Source of the DNA: Terriglobia bacterium
GTDB taxonomy: Bacteria; Acidobacteriota; Terriglobia; Acidiferrales; UBA7541
Direction: 5' to 3'
Assembly: GCA_963695545.1 (NCBI GenBank)
Contig: OY968796.1
Span: 352,001 to 416,000 of the forward strand
Length of the DNA stretch: 64,000 nucleotides
The notes beneath the pieces were generated by a model. That model was not told where the DNA came from and did no database searches. It saw nothing but the letters and a program-made list of their open reading frames with translations. The translations under genes were made by a program, and so were the position numbers. Every line of letters starts with the position of its first letter. Position 1 is the first letter of the stretch. Positions 60,090 to 64,000 of the stretch are shown here, in pieces.

Positions 60090-61219
60090 TCGAGCCTCTT
60101 GTGAAACGCGCGCGTGGCCAGCACCAATAGAATTACGGCATAGATGCCCAGAGCGCCGAGCTGCGGGCCCATCTGCCGGAACGCGGTCCCTTTTAAAAAT
60201 ACTTCACGAAGAATGGACACGAAATACACGGCCGGAAGCGCCCGTCCGATCACTTGGACGGCGACAGGCATCTGTTCGAGCGGAAACAGGAAGCCCGAAA
60301 GCAAAAATGTGGGCAGGAACGTGGCCATCAATGCCAACTGACTGGCGGCCAATTGCGATTTGGCAACCACCGAAATGAGATAGCCGAGCGAGAGCACCAC
60401 AATCAGGAATAACGCCGAGCTGCCGAACAAGACGATCCAGCGCCCGCGGAACGGCACGTCAAACCAATACACGGCGGCCAGCGCGCAGACCGCGGTATCC
60501 ACCATGCCGATCACGAAATAGGGAGTGAGCTTGCCGATTTCGATTTCCAGGCGGCCGACCGGCGTGGAGATGAGCTGCTCCATTGTGCCGCGCTCCCATT
60601 CGCGCGCGATCGTGAGCGACGTGAGAAACGCGCCGACAACCGCCATGACCATGGCCACGACGCCGGGCACGAAAGTTGCGGCGCTTTGAAGATCTTCGTT
60701 GAACCAGGTGCGCGCCTGAAAATTTACGGGCGGGGGACCGACGGGCGCGGCATGCGCCTGGGCCCATTGGGCGGTAACGCCGGCGGAATAATTTCCAACG
60801 ATGGCTTGCACGTAACCCAAAGCCACGCTCGCGGAATTGCTGTCGCTTGCGTCCAGAATCAATTGCACGTTGGCGCGCTGGCCGGAGTGCACGGTTTCCG
60901 TAAACCGCGGAGGGATCACGAGCGCGGCGACGGCGGCATCGGAATTAATCTGCTGGATGACGTCCGGATAATTGGTGGCGACGTGGACGATGTCAAAATA
61001 ATCGGTGGCCTGAAATTTCTTCAGGAGGTCCTGGCTGAATTGGGTGTTGTCCTCGTCGTAAACGCAAAGCGGAACGTGGTGCACGTCGAGATTCAAAGCG
61101 TATCCGTAAATAAAAAGCTGTAGCACGGGCATCAGCAGAATGATCAGCAGACTGCGCGGATCGCGGCGGATCTGCAGCACTTCTTTGCGCATCATCGCGA
61201 GAATGCGATGGAAACTCAC
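60086..61219 (-). CDS. ABC-2 transporter permease (YbhS-like)
   Basis: KEVLQIRRDPRSL, IAREWERGTMEQLISTP; GTG start overlaps upstream TGA. Confidence 0.92.
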   Translation of the reverse strand: MSFHRILAMMRKEVLQIRRDPRSLLIILLMPVLQLFIYGYALNLDVHHVPLCVYDEDNTQFSQDLLKKFQATDYFDIVHVATNYPDVIQQINSDAAVAALVIPPRFTETVHSGQRANVQLILDASDSNSASVALGYVQAIVGNYSAGVTAQWAQAHAAPVGPPPVNFQARTWFNEDLQSAATFVPGVVAMVMAVVGAFLTSLTIAREWERGTMEQLISTPVGRLEIEIGKLTPYFVIGMVDTAVCALAAVYWFDVPFRGRWIVLFGSSALFLIVVLSLGYLISVVAKSQLAASQLALMATFLPTFLLSGFLFPLEQMPVAVQVIGRALPAVYFVSILREVFLKGTAFRQMGPQLGALGIYAVILLVLATRAFHKRLE

Positions 61220-62172
61220 GCGGCCACCTTCCCGCCGGCCGGCGCGGGCGAAGTGAGCGTGACGAATACGTCTTCGAGGCTCGGGGAAATCGGTTCGACG
61301 CGCCGTACCTGAATATTCTGCGCGGCCAGCGCTGCGCGTATCGCTGCGGTAGCTTGCGGCACATCCTTCACCACGACGTGCACAGCGTTTCCGAACACTG
61401 CGGCGTCGAGCACTCCTGGGACATTCGGCAGGATTGCCAGCGCGGGGCCAAGCGGCTCGCATTCCACCAGCAGCAATTGACCGCGCATGGAAGTGCGCTT
61501 GAGCTCCGTGGGCGTGCCCATGGCCACGATTTTTCCGCGGTCGATCATCACCAGGCGATTGCAATATTCGGCTTCGTCCATGTAGTGCGTGGTGACGAAA
61601 ACCGTAACGCCGTCGGCCACCATCTGGTGAATCAATTCCCAAAATTGCTGCCGGCTGACGGGATCGACGCCGGAAGTGGGCTCGTCGAGAAAAACGATCG
61701 GCGGCTTGTGCAGTACGGCGCAGCCGAGAGCCAAGCGCTGCTTCCATCCCGCCGGCAACGAACCGGTGATCGCGCGCTCGCGGCCGTCGAGTCCAGCCAT
61801 GTGCACGGCCCATTTCATACGCGCGGGAAGTTCGCTGGGCGGGACGCTGTAAAGCGCTGCGAAAAACTGCAGATTCTCCACCACGCGCAGATCGTTATAG
61901 AGCGAAAATTTCTGCGACATGTAGCCGATGCGCTGGCGAATCAATTCGGATTGCGTGGCGACGTCGAGTCCCGCGACCTGCGCGCGGCCCGACGACGGCA
62001 CGAGCAGACCGCACAAAACGCGAATGGTGGTGGATTTTCCGGCGCCGTTGGGGCCGAGGAATCCGAAAATTTCGCCTTTGCGCGCCTCGAAGCTGATGTC
62101 GTCGACGGCGACGAAATCGCCGAAGCGCTTGACCAAGTGTTCGACGACCACCGAATTTTCGCCGTTGTTCAT
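61216..62172 (-). CDS. ABC transporter ATP-binding protein (YbhF C-half-like)
   Basis: GPNGAGKS, degenerate signature LPAGWKQRL, LDEPT. Confidence 0.93.
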   Translation of the reverse strand: MNNGENSVVVEHLVKRFGDFVAVDDISFEARKGEIFGFLGPNGAGKSTTIRVLCGLLVPSSGRAQVAGLDVATQSELIRQRIGYMSQKFSLYNDLRVVENLQFFAALYSVPPSELPARMKWAVHMAGLDGRERAITGSLPAGWKQRLALGCAVLHKPPIVFLDEPTSGVDPVSRQQFWELIHQMVADGVTVFVTTHYMDEAEYCNRLVMIDRGKIVAMGTPTELKRTSMRGQLLLVECEPLGPALAILPNVPGVLDAAVFGNAVHVVVKDVPQATAAIRAALAAQNIQVRRVEPISPSLEDVFVTLTSPAPAGGKVAA

Positions 62173-63185
62173 GAAGGCATGCCTGGGTCGAGTCCCGCAC
62201 CCGACGTTGCCCCGGGCCCGGCGGTGGACGGCGAGTTGGGCTCGACGGGTTTTTCGGTGACCTCGGAGACGAACAAGTCTTCGATGGTGGGATCGGTCGA
62301 TTCAAATGAAATGAATGGAACGCCGGCGGATTCGAGACGCACGCGCAGTTCGGCGAGGCGATCGGCGCGATCCACGAACAAGTGCACGCCATCCCCTTCG
62401 AGGATCACGCTGCGCACGCCGGGCGCTCCTGCAAGAGCCTCGCGCGCGCGCGGCGGATCAATCGTGTGCACGGCGAGCACGGCGCCGGGAAAACCCTTTT
62501 TCAGCGCTGCGGGCGTATCGAGCAAGAGCATGCGGCCCTGATGGATAAGGCCGACGCGATGGCAGCGCTCGGCTTCATCGAGATAGGAAGTGGAAATCAG
62601 GATGGCCACGCCCTGGTCCACCAGCGAATATAGAATTTTCCAAAAATCGCGCCGCGAAACTGGATCGACACCGTTGGTCGGCTCATCGAGAAGGATCACG
62701 TCGGGCTGATGGATCAGCGCGCATACCAGGCCCAATTTTTGCTTCATGCCGCCGGAGAGTTTGCCCGCCAGGCGCGCTCCAAATTCGGAAAGTCCGGCGG
62801 CTTGCAACAAGGATGTGGCGCGAGTATCGCGCTCGGCGCGTTTCACGCTGAACAGGTCGGCGTAAAACGCGATGTTCTCAGTAACCGTCAAGTCGTCATA
62901 GAGACCGAAGCGCTGCGGCATATAACTTAAATCGTGTTTTGCGCCTTCGGGATTGGTCGCAATGTCGAAGCCGGAGACGCTCGCGCGGCCGGAATCCGGC
63001 GGCAGGACTCCGGCGAGCATGCGCATCGTGGTGGTTTTCCCCGCGCCGTCGGGACCCACGAGTCCGAAAATTTCGCCGGCGTGCACATCGAAACTCAGAT
63101 CGTGCACCGCACGCACGGGCCCGAAACTCTTTCCGAGCGAGACCACTTCGATGGCTGCGTGTTCGTTGGGTGCGACTTGCGGCAT
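62169..63185 (-). CDS. ABC transporter ATP-binding protein (YbhF N-half-like)
   Basis: GPDGAGKT, LSGGMKQ, LDEPT. Confidence 0.93.
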   Translation of the reverse strand: MPQVAPNEHAAIEVVSLGKSFGPVRAVHDLSFDVHAGEIFGLVGPDGAGKTTTMRMLAGVLPPDSGRASVSGFDIATNPEGAKHDLSYMPQRFGLYDDLTVTENIAFYADLFSVKRAERDTRATSLLQAAGLSEFGARLAGKLSGGMKQKLGLVCALIHQPDVILLDEPTNGVDPVSRRDFWKILYSLVDQGVAILISTSYLDEAERCHRVGLIHQGRMLLLDTPAALKKGFPGAVLAVHTIDPPRAREALAGAPGVRSVILEGDGVHLFVDRADRLAELRVRLESAGVPFISFESTDPTIEDLFVSEVTEKPVEPNSPSTAGPGATSGAGLDPGMPS

Positions 63186-63195
63186 TGCGGCTCCG

Positions 63196-64000
63196 TTACT
63201 GAATCTGAATGCTGACGTCGGCCGGCATGCCCGGCTTGAGTTCGAGATTCGGATTGTCCACGTCCACTTTCACGAGATAAACCAACGTGACGCGCTCGGC
63301 GGTGGTCTGCACGGTCTTCGGCGTGAATTCGGCTTGCGAAGAAATGAACGAGACGCGTCCGTGATACGTGCGACCGGGATAAGTGTCCGTGGTGACGGAG
63401 CAATCCTGGCCCCAGTGAACTTGACCGAGATTTGTTTCCGGCACGTAGACCTGCACCCAGATGTGCTGCAAATCGTCCAGCGTGTAAATCGGCGTGCCCG
63501 GCGCGACAACTTCGCCGAGCTCCGCTTCGCGCACGGTGATCACGCCGGTGAACGGCGCGGTGAGCGTGGTGTAGCCGACGCGAATGCGCGAGATCCCGGC
63601 GGTTTGAACGGCTTGCTGCACGTCGGCGCGATCCACGGCAATTTCCTGCTGGCGCGTGCCCTCGATCAATTCGTTCAGAGCTTGTTTCAATCGATCGAGC
63701 GTGACTTGAGCGCGCGCGACGGCGGTCTTGGCTTGATCGACCGTCTGGCCTTCGATTTCGTCTTTCTGAAACAGAGCTTCGTATCGATCGTAGTCGCGCT
63801 GTTTCTGAGCGAGGTCGTCCTGGGCATCGCGCACGTTCTGCTGCGCCTGCGCAATGTCCTGTGAGCGGCTGCCGGCGAGCGCGAGATCGAGCTGTTTGTC
63901 CTTCACTTCGACCGTAGCCTCGTCGGCGGCAACTTGCTGGCGGTAGTCGGCGTTATCGATCTGCGCGAGCAATTGCCCCGCGGAAACGGATTGGCCTTCT
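63196..64000 (-). CDS. HlyD-family membrane fusion protein (YbhG-like), 5' end beyond window
   Basis: Coiled-coil hairpin, LTAPFTG, AEFTPKTVQT..ER..LVY, LKPGMPAD. Confidence 0.9.
   Translation of the reverse strand, partial: EGQSVSAGQLLAQIDNADYRQQVAADEATVEVKDKQLDLALAGSRSQDIAQAQQNVRDAQDDLAQKQRDYDRYEALFQKDEIEGQTVDQAKTAVARAQVTLDRLKQALNELIEGTRQQEIAVDRADVQQAVQTAGISRIRVGYTTLTAPFTGVITVREAELGEVVAPGTPIYTLDDLQHIWVQVYVPETNLGQVHWGQDCSVTTDTYPGRTYHGRVSFISSQAEFTPKTVQTTAERVTLVYLVKVDVDNPNLELKPGMPADVSIQIQ

Noticed and set aside
61216..63185. Split ABC ATPases as a broken ybhF
   Set aside because: Each has its own Walker motifs and C-terminal extension with ATGA coupling; a two-gene arrangement is ordinary

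Overview
High-GC (about 63-65% by eye) bacterial chromosomal window. Gene content suggests Acidobacteriota (inference, not a database result). Left to right it holds: (1) a three-gene secreted operon (Ig-like lipoprotein, OB/TIMP-like protein, matrixin metalloprotease); (2) a tandem duplication of a complete type IV minor-pilin transcription unit (fimT/U-pilV-pilW-large pilX resembling ComZ/DUF4900), each copy with its own sigma-54 promoter and terminator; (3) DUF1761 and tRNA-Glu(UUC); (4) a full ISC Fe-S operon (iscR-S-U-A-hscB-hscA-fdx-iscX); (5) coaD-aminotransferase-manA-manC-manB; (6) TPR/GAF/degenerate-GGDEF, crotonase, ribH, nusB; (7) a low-GC islet with a 110-bp palindrome, an AT-rich motif array and an alpha/beta hydrolase; (8) lepA, xseA, ndk, sucCD, msrB, an M1 peptidase, a class IV aminotransferase, small secreted proteins, an FHA-GAF-PP2C phosphatase, a LamG-GH2 hydrolase, DUF1800, DUF6526, membrane proteins and a YbhGFSR-like ABC exporter truncated at the right edge. 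The most notable signals are the twin pilus-tip cassettes with patchy near-identity, a dispersed non-coding promoter-plus-motif element present twice (30.65 kb and 52.0 kb), a codon-anomalous 3' half of hscB, and a catalytically dead GGDEF with an intact I-site fused to SgmX/FimV-like TPRs. No CRISPR array, transposase, integrase or rRNA was seen. All family assignments come from motif recognition, not from searches.
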